Shown one piece after another: positions 38,116 through 47,863 of a DNA stretch of 64,000 nucleotides. The first letter of the stretch is position 1; every line of letters starts with the position of its first letter. The notes beneath the pieces were generated by a model. The model searched no databases, was not told the DNA's origin, and saw only the letters and a list, made by a program, of their open reading frames with translations. A program made the position numbers and the translations under genes. The stretch covers positions 186,001 through 250,000 of IMG/VR virus record IMGVR_UViG_3300036770_003657. One strand, 5' to 3'.

Positions 38116-38498
38116 TTATATAAACCATCCTTAATATTTTGTATTTCAGTTTCGTAGATATGATGTGCTACTTGCTCTTTAAAATCTTCTTCTAAATTAT
38201 CATCTAGTTCTCTTACTGGAAATTCTTTTTTATATTCATCGTAGGCTTTTTCGATAACTTTTTTAAACACTCTGTGGCTAAATTCTCCACCACTTTCATA
38301 TTGAGCTTTACAGGTTTTTAGTATAGGAAAAAAGTGACGACGATAAAAGTCATCATTGTGATGCATGAAAAATACAAGATCTTCTGCTAGATCAAATTCA
38401 TATTTTCCTTGATCATCCTTAATAATTTTACTGGGACCAGTGTTTAACATGTCCTCAATGGGCATTTCCTTATTCCCAAACATTTCAAATAGTTTCAT
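38112..38498 (-). CDS. Hypothetical protein (CTS-like start MKLFEMF)
   Basis: GGTGAT RBS; late box at 38550-38557. Confidence 0.55.
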   Translation of the reverse strand: MKLFEMFGNKEMPIEDMLNTGPSKIIKDDQGKYEFDLAEDLVFFMHHNDDFYRRHFFPILKTCKAQYESGGEFSHRVFKKVIEKAYDEYKKEFPVRELDDNLEEDFKEQVAHHIYETEIQNIKDGLYK

Positions 38499-38549
38499 AT
38501 CACCAAGCCTTATCATGCTATGTTAATAACCATAGCCAGTCTTACTTAA

Positions 38550-38557
38550 TATTTATC
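38550..38557 (-). promoter_or_regulatory. T4-like late promoter box GATAAATA
   Basis: Same 8-mer in intergenic/5' positions at 10550, 34293, 47887 and 55876; TAAATA variants at 42801, 43861, 54670 and 61945. Confidence 0.6.
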
Positions 38558-38579
38558 AATGTCTGTTTATTGGGAATGT

Positions 38580-39227
38580 CTATTTTTCGCTGATGACTCG
38601 ATCTATACGCTGTATATTTGAGCCAATAAACATCTGTACCATGCTCAAACTTTTGGCATCTTTAACATAAAAGTAACTGTCACCTACTCTGTAACCACGC
38701 TTTACGTGGCGTTGACAGCGTTCTGGCATACGAATTTTGTCATTATCCCTACACCAATTAAAAAAGCTTTCATTATTATCTATACGATTACTAATGGTCA
38801 CTTTATAGTCATAGTTAATACGTTTGAGATATATTGTATTCTTTTCTAAAACTGGAGTAGTTTCAGAAGGGATACTAATATATTTAATTTGATTTTTAAG
38901 ATTTTTGCTAACTGAATAAAAATCATCGTAGCTATCTGTGTAATAACTTACAAAAGGGCTACTGACCATTACTTTGTATTCGTGGCCAGCAGTCTGAAAA
39001 GTTCTTGCTATTAATAATGATATATCATAATCTGACTTCTCTCCACTCCAAATATAGGGAGGAAATTTATCTACACTTTTCCAATATAATATTTTACTAA
39101 CAATTAATTCCATATCCTTATTCCTAAACATAGGCGCAAATTTAGTTACAAGAACTATTTTGTACCTATATTTGTCTAGGAATAGTTTATTGGTTCTCTT
39201 CGTGGGTAACAATGTTAGGTGATTCAT
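38580..39227 (-). CDS. Hypothetical protein
   Basis: 215-aa ORF downstream of clpA. Confidence 0.55.
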   Translation of the reverse strand: MNHLTLLPTKRTNKLFLDKYRYKIVLVTKFAPMFRNKDMELIVSKILYWKSVDKFPPYIWSGEKSDYDISLLIARTFQTAGHEYKVMVSSPFVSYYTDSYDDFYSVSKNLKNQIKYISIPSETTPVLEKNTIYLKRINYDYKVTISNRIDNNESFFNWCRDNDKIRMPERCQRHVKRGYRVGDSYFYVKDAKSLSMVQMFIGSNIQRIDRVISEK

Positions 39228-41451
39228 TTTCAGTTACTTTACTAGTTCTTACACGTTTTGTCACGGTGATTTGGTCATTTTCCAAACCAATTACTGCCGA
39301 ACCACCATCCTTAAGTTCACCAAACAGCATCATACGGCTTAGGGGACGTTTAATCTCCTTGTCTATAACACGTTGTAGTGGACGGGCACCCATTTTACTA
39401 TCAAACCCCTTTTCAATCAAGTTATTTATAGCAGCATCGTTAATACGTATGCGAATGCCCTTGTCTGATACTTGTCGTTTAAGTTCATCAATAAACTTAA
39501 CAACAACCTTATACATTGTATCTTTATTCAACTTGGTAAATGTGATTATGGCATCCAAACGATTTCTAAACTCAGGAGCAAAGAATTTCTTTAGATCCTT
39601 GTCATCATAGTCTTTTTCCTGCTTACCAAAACCAATTTGATTCTTTTCAGCAGCTTGGGCACCAGCATTAGTAGTAAGGATTAGGATAATGTTTCTACAA
39701 TCTGCTTTCTTACCATTGCTACCAGTTACAAACCCATTGTCCATCATCTGTAATAGTATTGTACTAACATCTGGATGACTCTTTTCTACTTCGTCAAAAA
39801 GTAACACACAGTATGGATTTTCTTGTAATTGAGTGATAAGTAATCCTGCATTTTCCTCAAAGCCAACATATCCTGGAGGAGATCCAATCAACTTGCTCAC
39901 GCTGTGCTTTTCTTGATACTCACTCATATCAAAGCGTATAAGTTTTACACCAAGATGTTTGGCTAATGTTTTAGCTGTTTCTGTTTTACCACAACCAGTT
40001 GGCCCCATAAAAACAAATGATCCAATAGGCTTGTTTTCAGGCTTAAGACCAGCACGAGCGACTAGTATTTTATCTACAAGTTCTGTAACAGCATCATTCT
40101 GCCCAAATACTTCATCATTGATTTGCTTTTCAAGATTAGCCAAGTTATTGCTCTCTGTTTCAGCAATTTGTTCTTCAGGCATTTGAATAGCCTGACTTAG
40201 CTCAAATTGAATTTCGTGTTCACCAATAATACGTTCCTGATCTAATTTAAGATTAAATCTACTACAGGCACAATCAATAAGATCAATTGCTTTATCAGGC
40301 AACTTTTTCTCTGTTTGATACTTTATGCTAAGTTTTACAGCAGCTTGAATAGCATCATCTGTAATTTTAACTTTATGGAACTGCTCGTAGTATTTTTTAA
40401 CACCTTTAAGGATTTGAATAGTTACGTCGTATGTTGGTTCATCCACCGTGATACGTTGGAACCTACGCATTAGAGCACGATCTTTTTCAAAGTACTTGCG
40501 ATATTCCTCCCAAGTTGTACTGGCCACTACTTTGATATTACCCTTGCTTAGAGCAGGTTTCATCATGTTAGCAAGGTCATTAGCACTATTACCTGCACTG
40601 CCTGCTCCGCTGATCATATGAGCTTCATCAATAAACAATATTGTTTTACCCTTGGTCTGTAGGCCTTTGAGCACTAGTTTAAAACGTTCTTCAAAATCTC
40701 CACGATATTTACTACCAGCTAACATGCTGCTAATATCCAAACTATAAACCTTGTAATCCTTTAAAAACTCCGGTACATGACCTTTTTCAATATTAAAAGC
40801 CAGTCCTTCTGCAATAGCAGTTTTACCAACACCTGGATCACCGACAAGCATAACATTATTTTTATTGCGACGTCCCATGGCTAAGGCAATATTTTCCAAT
40901 TCTGTCACTCTGCCTACCACTGGATCAACTTTATTACGTTTGACAAGATCATTCAAATTTGTAGTAAATGCTTTTATGGCACGATCTACTTGATGATCAG
41001 TGACTTCTTCTTCTTCAGTTTGTACTTCACTATTGAGATAATCTGCAAACTTATTCTTATCTACCCCAGCCTGTTGAATATAATAACTGGCATAGCTACG
41101 CTTCTCACTCATAATGCTTAGGAACACGTCACTAAGTTCCATAGTTTGTCGGCCATTAAATAGGGCCTGTGTAAATGCACGATTCAATACACGCTCTACT
41201 GCCTGTGTCTTTTTTGGTTTAGTGGCTTCTTCTTTAATAATATCATCAAGTTTATTCTTTAAGTAGTGCTCTAAATTCTTTTTAATGTATTCTGAATCAG
41301 CGCCATATGTTTGTATAGTATTAACAAAATGCTCTTCACCTAACATTGAGTATAATAAATGTTCTAATGTTAAGTATTCATGTTTATAGTTTTTAGCTAG
41401 TTCGATGGCCTGTTCAAAAACTTTTTTAAGATTGTCGCTGGGCTCTACCAT
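39187..41451 (-). CDS. clpA: ClpA-like Hsp100 ATPase
   Basis: Clp-N HEYLTLEHLL; two AAA modules GDPGVGKT and GPTGCGKT; RFDMSEY, IGF loop and GARPL. Confidence 0.92.
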   Translation of the reverse strand: MVEPSDNLKKVFEQAIELAKNYKHEYLTLEHLLYSMLGEEHFVNTIQTYGADSEYIKKNLEHYLKNKLDDIIKEEATKPKKTQAVERVLNRAFTQALFNGRQTMELSDVFLSIMSEKRSYASYYIQQAGVDKNKFADYLNSEVQTEEEEVTDHQVDRAIKAFTTNLNDLVKRNKVDPVVGRVTELENIALAMGRRNKNNVMLVGDPGVGKTAIAEGLAFNIEKGHVPEFLKDYKVYSLDISSMLAGSKYRGDFEERFKLVLKGLQTKGKTILFIDEAHMISGAGSAGNSANDLANMMKPALSKGNIKVVASTTWEEYRKYFEKDRALMRRFQRITVDEPTYDVTIQILKGVKKYYEQFHKVKITDDAIQAAVKLSIKYQTEKKLPDKAIDLIDCACSRFNLKLDQERIIGEHEIQFELSQAIQMPEEQIAETESNNLANLEKQINDEVFGQNDAVTELVDKILVARAGLKPENKPIGSFVFMGPTGCGKTETAKTLAKHLGVKLIRFDMSEYQEKHSVSKLIGSPPGYVGFEENAGLLITQLQENPYCVLLFDEVEKSHPDVSTILLQMMDNGFVTGSNGKKADCRNIILILTTNAGAQAAEKNQIGFGKQEKDYDDKDLKKFFAPEFRNRLDAIITFTKLNKDTMYKVVVKFIDELKRQVSDKGIRIRINDAAINNLIEKGFDSKMGARPLQRVIDKEIKRPLSRMMLFGELKDGGSAVIGLENDQITVTKRVRTSKVTENESPNIVTHEENQ

Positions 41452-41953
41452 ATTTTTTCCTTATTTTGTCGAATTTTTTCATAGCCATACTTTGCTTGAG
41501 TTTACTTACACGATCTGTAAAACAGATACCATCTAAGTGATCTAGTTCATGTAAAAAACATTTAGCATCTATGTCATGTAGTGATATTACACAATTATTG
41601 CCATCGCTGTCAAGATACTCGGCAACAACAATTTTTGGTCTTTTAACTGGAATAAGCATTTTAGGAAAGCTCAAACATCCTTCAATTGACTCCAATAATT
41701 GATCACTTGCTGCCTGTAGCCTTGGGTTAAACATGGCAAATGGTCCTGTTTCTAAACTAATGTCTCTAGGAAAGATAGTAATTACTCTAGCTCTAAGCCC
41801 AACTTGATTTCCACTAAGACCTATACCTCTTTCTTTAACCATTAGTTCTATCATTTCTTTTTCAATTTGTTTTGGATCCATTATGGGATTCTCAAAATCA
41901 AAATCAGGCATTTGTTCTCTTAGTATGTCATTTGGAAAGGTTATTAAGTTCAT
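41426..41953 (-). CDS. def: Peptide deformylase
   Basis: GIGLSGNQ, EGCLS and HELDHLDG. Confidence 0.92.
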   Translation of the reverse strand: MNLITFPNDILREQMPDFDFENPIMDPKQIEKEMIELMVKERGIGLSGNQVGLRARVITIFPRDISLETGPFAMFNPRLQAASDQLLESIEGCLSFPKMLIPVKRPKIVVAEYLDSDGNNCVISLHDIDAKCFLHELDHLDGICFTDRVSKLKQSMAMKKFDKIRKKYGRAQRQS

Positions 41954-42770
41954 TTTTTATATCCAATAATTTTTTCTTTATCTTTTCATCGTGTATTGTA
42001 GGAATTTTAATATAAATTATAATTACAAAATCTCCTTGTTGTCCAGTAGTAATATTTGTGAATCCTAGTCCTTTAGATGAATATTCGCCACCGTGTGTCA
42101 TTCCTGGACGTACTTTGATATTTAATAATCTACCATCTATTGTTTCCACTGGTTTATTACATCCTATCATAGCTTCAATAGCATCAATTTCTATGATAGT
42201 AGTTATGTCGTTATTTCTTCTAGTAAAATTTAAATCCTCTGCTACCAAGATACTAACATTTAAATCCCCACGAGCCAATTGAGGATATGTGTCATCACCC
42301 ATACCTTTAAATTTTAGTATATGTCCACTTTCAATTCCAGGTGGTATATTAATTACCACTGTTTCTTTACGTCCAGAAGGTAAAGCATAACTAGCTTCAA
42401 TTTCCTTGCCAATAAAACTATCAAGTAGAGTAATCTTACACTTGATATTAAGATCTAAATTTTTATTTCTTACATGTCTACGACCAAAATCAAACCCTGC
42501 CCGTCCTCTAAACATATCATTAAATACGTCGTGTATATCTTCAAAACTTCTAAAGTTTCCATTAAAGTTTTGTTTAACATTGATTTCACTGTCGTATCTA
42601 TTACGTTTATTTGGGTCACCTAACGTATCGTAGGCTTGACTAATTTTTTGGAAGTGGCTTTCATCACCACCTCTATCTGGGTGATGCTCCATAGCCAATT
42701 TACGATAGGCTGTTTTTATATCTTGTGCTGTTGCTTCTCGGCTAACGCCTAATATGTCGTAGTAGTTCAT
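41928..42770 (-). CDS. dnaJ: DnaJ/CbpA-type co-chaperone (no Zn finger)
   Basis: J-domain YYDILGV...HHPDRGGD plus DnaJ C-terminal domain. Confidence 0.9.
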   Translation of the reverse strand: MNYYDILGVSREATAQDIKTAYRKLAMEHHPDRGGDESHFQKISQAYDTLGDPNKRNRYDSEINVKQNFNGNFRSFEDIHDVFNDMFRGRAGFDFGRRHVRNKNLDLNIKCKITLLDSFIGKEIEASYALPSGRKETVVINIPPGIESGHILKFKGMGDDTYPQLARGDLNVSILVAEDLNFTRRNNDITTIIEIDAIEAMIGCNKPVETIDGRLLNIKVRPGMTHGGEYSSKGLGFTNITTGQQGDFVIIIYIKIPTIHDEKIKKKLLDIKNELNNLSK

Positions 42771-42807
42771 AAAAATTAAGGCTGTGTGTAGCAGCCTTAA
42801 TATTTAA
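42771..42807 (-). terminator. Stem-loop + U-tract overlapping a late TAAATA box, just upstream of dnaJ
   Basis: ATTAAGGCTG/CAGCCTTAAT 10-bp stem (42775-42801) followed by T4 on the - strand. Confidence 0.6.
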
Positions 42808-42827
42808 CCTACTAGATTAAGATTAGT

Positions 42828-43073
42828 TTATTTTTTAACTTCTTTTTTAGCATCTTCAATCTTTGTAGCTTCGTGTTTTTGATGTGCCTTAACTTCTTTA
42901 CATTGTTGTTTAGGCTTGTTAGTTTTTGGATCCATTACTGGCTTACCATCTTTACCCTGTACATCAACACATACTTTACGTGTTTCTGGTTTAGCATCAT
43001 CCTTCTTATCTGCTGCGTAGGCAGGAATAGTTAATGCTAGACCTAATACAAATGCTGTTAAAAATTGTTTCAT
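42828..43073 (-). CDS. Small secreted protein
   Basis: Signal peptide ending AYA; two Cys; GGAG RBS. Confidence 0.6.
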   Translation of the reverse strand: MKQFLTAFVLGLALTIPAYAADKKDDAKPETRKVCVDVQGKDGKPVMDPKTNKPKQQCKEVKAHQKHEATKIEDAKKEVKK

Positions 43074-43082
43074 AATTGCTCC

Positions 43083-43556
43083 TTATAGTTCTGGAAATGG
43101 TGGTTGCCCAGGCATTGGTTTGCCTTTACTACTATTACTTACCTGTCCCCAGGCGTCTGGTTGTGTCATTGCTCCAAACTGAGTAGGTGCTCCAAACTGA
43201 GTAGGTGCTCCAAATCCACCACCACTGTATGTTGTAGTAGTTGTAGTAGGGGTCGGGCTCACTGGTGGTGGTTTATTGGCTGCTTCTAGTGCCTTGGCCT
43301 TTAAGTCCTTATCGTTACCAGCTAGCATGATGCCACTTAATGTACCTGTTAAAAATGTAGCAATAGGTACAATAAGTTCAAAAAACTTTTGATCAATTGG
43401 GCTTATAGCGTTAAGTGGTTGTGTTACAAATATTAAACTATATAATACTACAAACACAATACCAGTTAGGGTCAATGACAAGCAAATTCCAATAAAGAAT
43501 TTAAGCCTAGCCATTAATTGTTCTTCAGTATAAATTAGTGGTTCTTTACTTTCCAC
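43083..43556 (-). CDS. Two-TM membrane protein (holin-like candidate)
   Basis: Two hydrophobic helices; GTG start at 43556 with GGAGG RBS; in the lysis region. Confidence 0.5.
   Translation of the reverse strand: MESKEPLIYTEEQLMARLKFFIGICLSLTLTGIVFVVLYSLIFVTQPLNAISPIDQKFFELIVPIATFLTGTLSGIMLAGNDKDLKAKALEAANKPPPVSPTPTTTTTTYSGGGFGAPTQFGAPTQFGAMTQPDAWGQVSNSSKGKPMPGQPPFPEL
43170..43214. repeat. 18-bp coding tandem repeat (GAPTQF x2.5)
   Basis: tgctccaaactgagtagg repeated. Confidence 0.8.
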
Positions 43557-43842
43557 AATTACCTCCTTGTGTGTTCGCCCCCCAAACAGGCGTTGCAGGA
43601 CCGAGATTAGGGATTTGATTGCCATTGTTTTTTCCTAAAGTTCTTGGGTCTATTTGACCCTTAAATACGTGTTCTGGACAAGTACGTGTTACATCACATT
43701 GTGGCAGTTGACATATTGGTTTCTCCCAATTCTGCGGATCTTGGCATGGATATCGAAATCTATCTCCACCAAATGCTGCTAGTCCAACCGGTAAAAATAT
43801 CAGTAGTCCTAACCATTTAAATAACTTTTTATCCTCTGCCAT
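43546..43842 (-). CDS. Membrane-anchored Cys-rich small protein
   Basis: N-terminal TM, then RYPCQDPQNW..C....C.....CP. Confidence 0.55.
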   Translation of the reverse strand: MAEDKKLFKWLGLLIFLPVGLAAFGGDRFRYPCQDPQNWEKPICQLPQCDVTRTCPEHVFKGQIDPRTLGKNNGNQIPNLGPATPVWGANTQGGNCGK

Positions 43843-43863
43843 TATTCGCTCCCAATAATGTAT

Positions 43864-44103
43864 TTACTTTATTTCTACCGAATCCTTTAGGTCGTTATAC
43901 TTGTGTTCTGCTGCCAATAAGTCCATATCACGATCAGAAGATTTTTCAGCCCGTTTAATATCTTGTTCGTAGGCCCGTTCTATTTGAACTAGTGCCTTGG
44001 CCTGTGCTTGCCCTAGTTCTTTTCTAATACGATCGAACTCTGCTATAGCATAACGGGCCCTACGATCAGGACTTAAAAATAAGTTTAGTAAAGCTTCAAA
44101 CAT
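43864..44103 (-). CDS. Hypothetical protein
   Basis: Likely start MFEALL. Confidence 0.45.
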   Translation of the reverse strand: MFEALLNLFLSPDRRARYAIAEFDRIRKELGQAQAKALVQIERAYEQDIKRAEKSSDRDMDLLAAEHKYNDLKDSVEIK

Positions 44104-44104
44104 A

Positions 44105-45019
44105 TTACTGACATACACCGTTAGTTAAAATTTGACTTACTGGACATACATTATTGTTAGTACTGGTAGTATTGGTAGTTGTAGTAGTTGTTGTAGTAGT
44201 CGTGCCACTTAACTTACTTATTGCCGTATCTAAAGCACTACGGTATCCGCCAGTTACAGTAGTAAGATTATTACTGGCCTGTGTGCCAAGACTAGTTATA
44301 GTAGTGTTAGCATTGTTAGTAGCAGTAATAAGTCCATTTATACTAGTCGTGCCTAAATTAGTTGTAGCAGTAAGTCCAGCATTAGCAGCATTATTAACAC
44401 CTGTGATACCTGCTGTACTTATGCTTGTAGCTGCCGATAATCCTTCTTTAGATGTACTTGTAACACCGGTAATACCATTATTAGCTACATTAGTTACTGC
44501 GGTCATTGAACTGTTTGCTATGGTTGTAATAGCAGTGTTAGCAGCACCTACTGCATCAAAACCAGCCTTAGCAATATTTGTATTACTGTTGGCCATATTT
44601 GTACTCATAGTAGCAAATGTATTATTGGTGCTTTGAGCAGTAGCAGCGGCATTATTACTTTGTGTGACTGCTATTTGTCTTTGACTGTGTATGCCATAAA
44701 TTTGTGTAACACTTGGTAATAGTACACCTGCCCATTTAAGAAGTTTTGTATCCCAATCTTCTGGAGCAGCCACCTGTTGCTGTGGTCTTGATCCTGCGCC
44801 ACCCTGTCCCATTTGTATACTTAATACTGCGGCTACTTTGGCAGCACTATCACCGTTCTTGGCTATTTCAAGTAGTGCATTATATCTTGCTGTATCTGCA
44901 ATAGCATTGGCCTGTGCAATTTTAGCCTGGGTGTCTGCATAAAGTTGATATGAGCTTGGGCCAGAAGCACAGCTGGCCAATAATATTGTGGTTCCGAGAA
45001 CTAAAATTGACTTTTTCAT
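44105..45019 (-). CDS. Thr/Ala/Asn-rich lipoprotein
   Basis: Lipobox LASC; long low-complexity amphipathic repeats. Confidence 0.65.
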   Translation of the reverse strand: MKKSILVLGTTILLASCASGPSSYQLYADTQAKIAQANAIADTARYNALLEIAKNGDSAAKVAAVLSIQMGQGGAGSRPQQQVAAPEDWDTKLLKWAGVLLPSVTQIYGIHSQRQIAVTQSNNAAATAQSTNNTFATMSTNMANSNTNIAKAGFDAVGAANTAITTIANSSMTAVTNVANNGITGVTSTSKEGLSAATSISTAGITGVNNAANAGLTATTNLGTTSINGLITATNNANTTITSLGTQASNNLTTVTGGYRSALDTAISKLSGTTTTTTTTTTNTTSTNNNVCPVSQILTNGVCQ

Positions 45020-45020
45020 A

Positions 45021-45311
45021 TTAATCCTTCCATTTATGAGTTTGCCATTCTTTACGATTTAATTCGTACCATTCTTTCCATTGATCATTTTTTAAACTAC
45101 ATTCGTAGTATAAACCATAATTTTTAACTATTGATTGTAATAGTTCAGTTATTGCAACTTTATCACCCTCAATTTTTTGTAAGTCAGGACAAGATTGTAA
45201 TAATGAAGTATTTTTCTGTTCAGGAAACTTACGCCAAGTAGGCAAATATTGAGTCATACTTGCACAACTAGACAGTATTAAACAGGCTAGAGCTATACTT
45301 AATTTTTTCAT
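45021..45311 (-). CDS. o-spanin (Rz1-like lipoprotein)
   Basis: Lipobox LSSC, P...LL..CP.L and NY..Y.EC; follows the i-spanin. Confidence 0.72.
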   Translation of the reverse strand: MKKLSIALACLILSSCASMTQYLPTWRKFPEQKNTSLLQSCPDLQKIEGDKVAITELLQSIVKNYGLYYECSLKNDQWKEWYELNRKEWQTHKWKD

Positions 45312-45919
45312 TTTTTAGCTCCCCTATCTGTTATTGTTTGATTAATTTCATCTATAACTCTTTTGGGAACAGGGCAATTTTTAAGTGAATCCAATAATTC
45401 ATTTATTTGACCTTCATATTCCTTTTTCTTTTCTTCATTCATATTTTCATATTTTTTACGCTCTTCATCACTTAGATTTTGTATTACAACCTGAGGCGAT
45501 GGAGGTACTCCGTTATTAGTACCATTTTTTAATGCTTCTTTTAAAGCATTATCAAGTTTACCTATGTCCTTATTTCTTTTATCATTAGCAATCTTTAAGT
45601 CATTAGCAGCTTTTTGTTGAGCCTGTGCTAACTTAATATTTTTTTCTTCTAGTTCTTTATCTTTCTTTTCAGCCTCTAGCCTAGCCTTTTCTATACGATC
45701 CTGCCATATATCATTTATAGCAGTACCACCATACATAAAAACACTGACTATTATAATTAATCCGCCGACAGGTTTGACAAACATCATATAAGGGCGTAAA
45801 GGTGGTATATGACTAAACATACTGGCAAAGAAAAATGCTAAAAATCCTACGACAGCCAGTGCGATCCAAAATTCACTTGGTAAATTAAGTAACCAATGCT
45901 CTACTAACCACATCAACAT
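45308..45919 (-). CDS. i-spanin (Rz-like)
   Basis: N-terminal TMs, coiled coil and C-terminal CPVP..VI; directly after the endolysin. Confidence 0.7.
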   Translation of the reverse strand: MLMWLVEHWLLNLPSEFWIALAVVGFLAFFFASMFSHIPPLRPYMMFVKPVGGLIIIVSVFMYGGTAINDIWQDRIEKARLEAEKKDKELEEKNIKLAQAQQKAANDLKIANDKRNKDIGKLDNALKEALKNGTNNGVPPSPQVVIQNLSDEERKKYENMNEEKKKEYEGQINELLDSLKNCPVPKRVIDEINQTITDRGAKK

Positions 45920-46548
45920 TATGCTACTCCGAATACGTGTAAAGCGTGTTTATAATGCTTTTCACGATCTGCTAGTCCAATAGTACCACCGTTAATCTTT
46001 TTGGTCAATGTTAATATATCACCTTGGTCAGCCCAAGTGTTTAGATTATTCATCTCCCAAAAGAAGCAACCACTTTGTACAGCACCTTCAAATGTTTCTA
46101 AATATTCACTTGCTTCTTCAATTGGAATATCCAAACTACCAGCAAAGAAAGTGTAATTATTTTTACCAGTAAGTTGTATAAGTCCTCTGCCACAATACCT
46201 ATAACCATCTCCACTAGCCTCATCACCGTTGCCCATACGATTAGCATATACACGATTGGCAATACGTTCTGGTTTTCTTTCATATTCTCTAGCAAGATCA
46301 TCTGTTGGAAAATATTTTGGGAACACTTTACGTAGGCTAGCTGCTCTATAATTTAAGTTTTCTTTTAGAAATTTAAAGCCACCACTTTCATGAGCACATT
46401 GAGCAATGAAGGCTGCTACTCGTTGTGGGGTATTAATTTGATATTCAGGTAGTATAGTATGTAAGGCATTGTACCAATATTCAGTGTAAGGGTTACCTGG
46501 TATCATTTGTTTTAATTGTTCTTTTGTAAAGTCAAAAGTAAAACTCAT
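45919..46548 (-). CDS. Glycoside hydrolase family 19 endolysin
   Basis: FIAQCAHESGGF, ENLNY, RGLIQLTGKNNY and KINGG. Confidence 0.92.
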   Translation of the reverse strand: MSFTFDFTKEQLKQMIPGNPYTEYWYNALHTILPEYQINTPQRVAAFIAQCAHESGGFKFLKENLNYRAASLRKVFPKYFPTDDLAREYERKPERIANRVYANRMGNGDEASGDGYRYCGRGLIQLTGKNNYTFFAGSLDIPIEEASEYLETFEGAVQSGCFFWEMNNLNTWADQGDILTLTKKINGGTIGLADREKHYKHALHVFGVA

Positions 46549-47279
46549 CTCGCTCTCTCCAATACAAGGGCACGATTTTCATTTTCAAATACATACACAT
46601 CGTTGACCTTGGTTATGTTATAATTTCCTAAATATTTTGTATAAAAAATACTTTCACTAATAGCTCTAGTACCAATGTCAATACGTCCACCTAATCGTTG
46701 ATATACTTCATTAGTTGGACCAAAGTCTTTAATACGCATAATTACACTTTCGGCAAACATTTTATGGAATGTTATATCATCTTCTAACACTTCTATATTA
46801 TCTACATAACTGCGACTAAAAAAGTTACTAAAGTTGTTTAATCTATTTTCCTTAATACTTATTGAGTAAGCATCCTTATCTAATGGTACAGTATTTCTAA
46901 TATGTTGTTCATCTGCTGGTTGTGTTCTAAAACTTTTATAATACCTAAACCTAAAATTTTCTATATTAGTTAATTTTTTTACAGCATCTAATAGTTCTAT
47001 CAAACGCTCTGGAATATGTTTATTACGCTCTAATTCAACAAATACTTTATATTTGCCAGTATCAATGGGACCATCAGTGGCATCAGCATCCACAACCCAA
47101 TCAAATCCAAGTTCTAAAAAACGTGCCAGATCATCAGCAGGTTCTTTATCATCTACATTAAAACTGAGTACAACCATTTTTTCGTCGTCACCAATTTTAC
47201 TTTTATAACTATCAATTTCAACTACGCTGCTAACTAATAGTCTAAGATCACCTGCTAGTAATGTTTCATTGATCTGCAT
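46545..47279 (-). CDS. Hypothetical protein
   Basis: 244-aa ORF in late operon. Confidence 0.6.
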   Translation of the reverse strand: MQINETLLAGDLRLLVSSVVEIDSYKSKIGDDEKMVVLSFNVDDKEPADDLARFLELGFDWVVDADATDGPIDTGKYKVFVELERNKHIPERLIELLDAVKKLTNIENFRFRYYKSFRTQPADEQHIRNTVPLDKDAYSISIKENRLNNFSNFFSRSYVDNIEVLEDDITFHKMFAESVIMRIKDFGPTNEVYQRLGGRIDIGTRAISESIFYTKYLGNYNITKVNDVYVFENENRALVLERAR

Positions 47280-47863
47280 TACATCGGTGCTCCTGCTACT
47301 GGTGCTGCCATAGGTGCTGCTGGTGCCATACCTGGTTGAGCTGGCATCATACCTGGTTGAGCTGGCATCATACCTGGTTGCATTGGTGGAGCCATTGGTG
47401 TAGGTTGTTGTTTCTTCTCGTCACCTTTACGTTCTTCTCTGATACGATCCATATAACTGTTAAAGATATCAAATACTAGCTTTTTAGGCATTAGTATTTT
47501 CACAACCCATACAGGATGTGCGTCTAGTTTACCCTTTTTAGTACCTGGTCTAAAATCATCTGGGCTACGTATTTTACGTGGCTCTATTAGTTCATCTCTG
47601 GTAAACTTTACTCTACAGCCTATTTCTATAAGACGTCGAGCACCATCAGGATCAGGCATTTTATTCTTTGGCCACATAAATTCAGCACTGACCCAATGCC
47701 TACTGATTTTGGGACCGCTGAGTAATTCACCATCTAACCAGTTTTTATATACGTAGATATCCATTTCATCCAATACACGTTCAAAGTCTTTAAGTACAGC
47801 CAAAGTACTATTGTTGTTATAGATGGTATCTACGTTGCGAATAACGTCTAAAATATCTTTCAT
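47279..47863 (-). CDS. Hypothetical protein with Pro/Met/Ala-rich tail
   Basis: Late box at 47887-47894 upstream; 21-bp tandem repeat 47327-47380 (QPGMMPA). Confidence 0.6.
   Translation of the reverse strand: MKDILDVIRNVDTIYNNNSTLAVLKDFERVLDEMDIYVYKNWLDGELLSGPKISRHWVSAEFMWPKNKMPDPDGARRLIEIGCRVKFTRDELIEPRKIRSPDDFRPGTKKGKLDAHPVWVVKILMPKKLVFDIFNSYMDRIREERKGDEKKQQPTPMAPPMQPGMMPAQPGMMPAQPGMAPAAPMAAPVAGAPM

Noticed and set aside
47327-47380. Short coding tandem repeats (also 43170-43214 and ~28970-29002)
   Set aside because: Ordinary slippage repeats in low-complexity protein regions; no evidence of a system.
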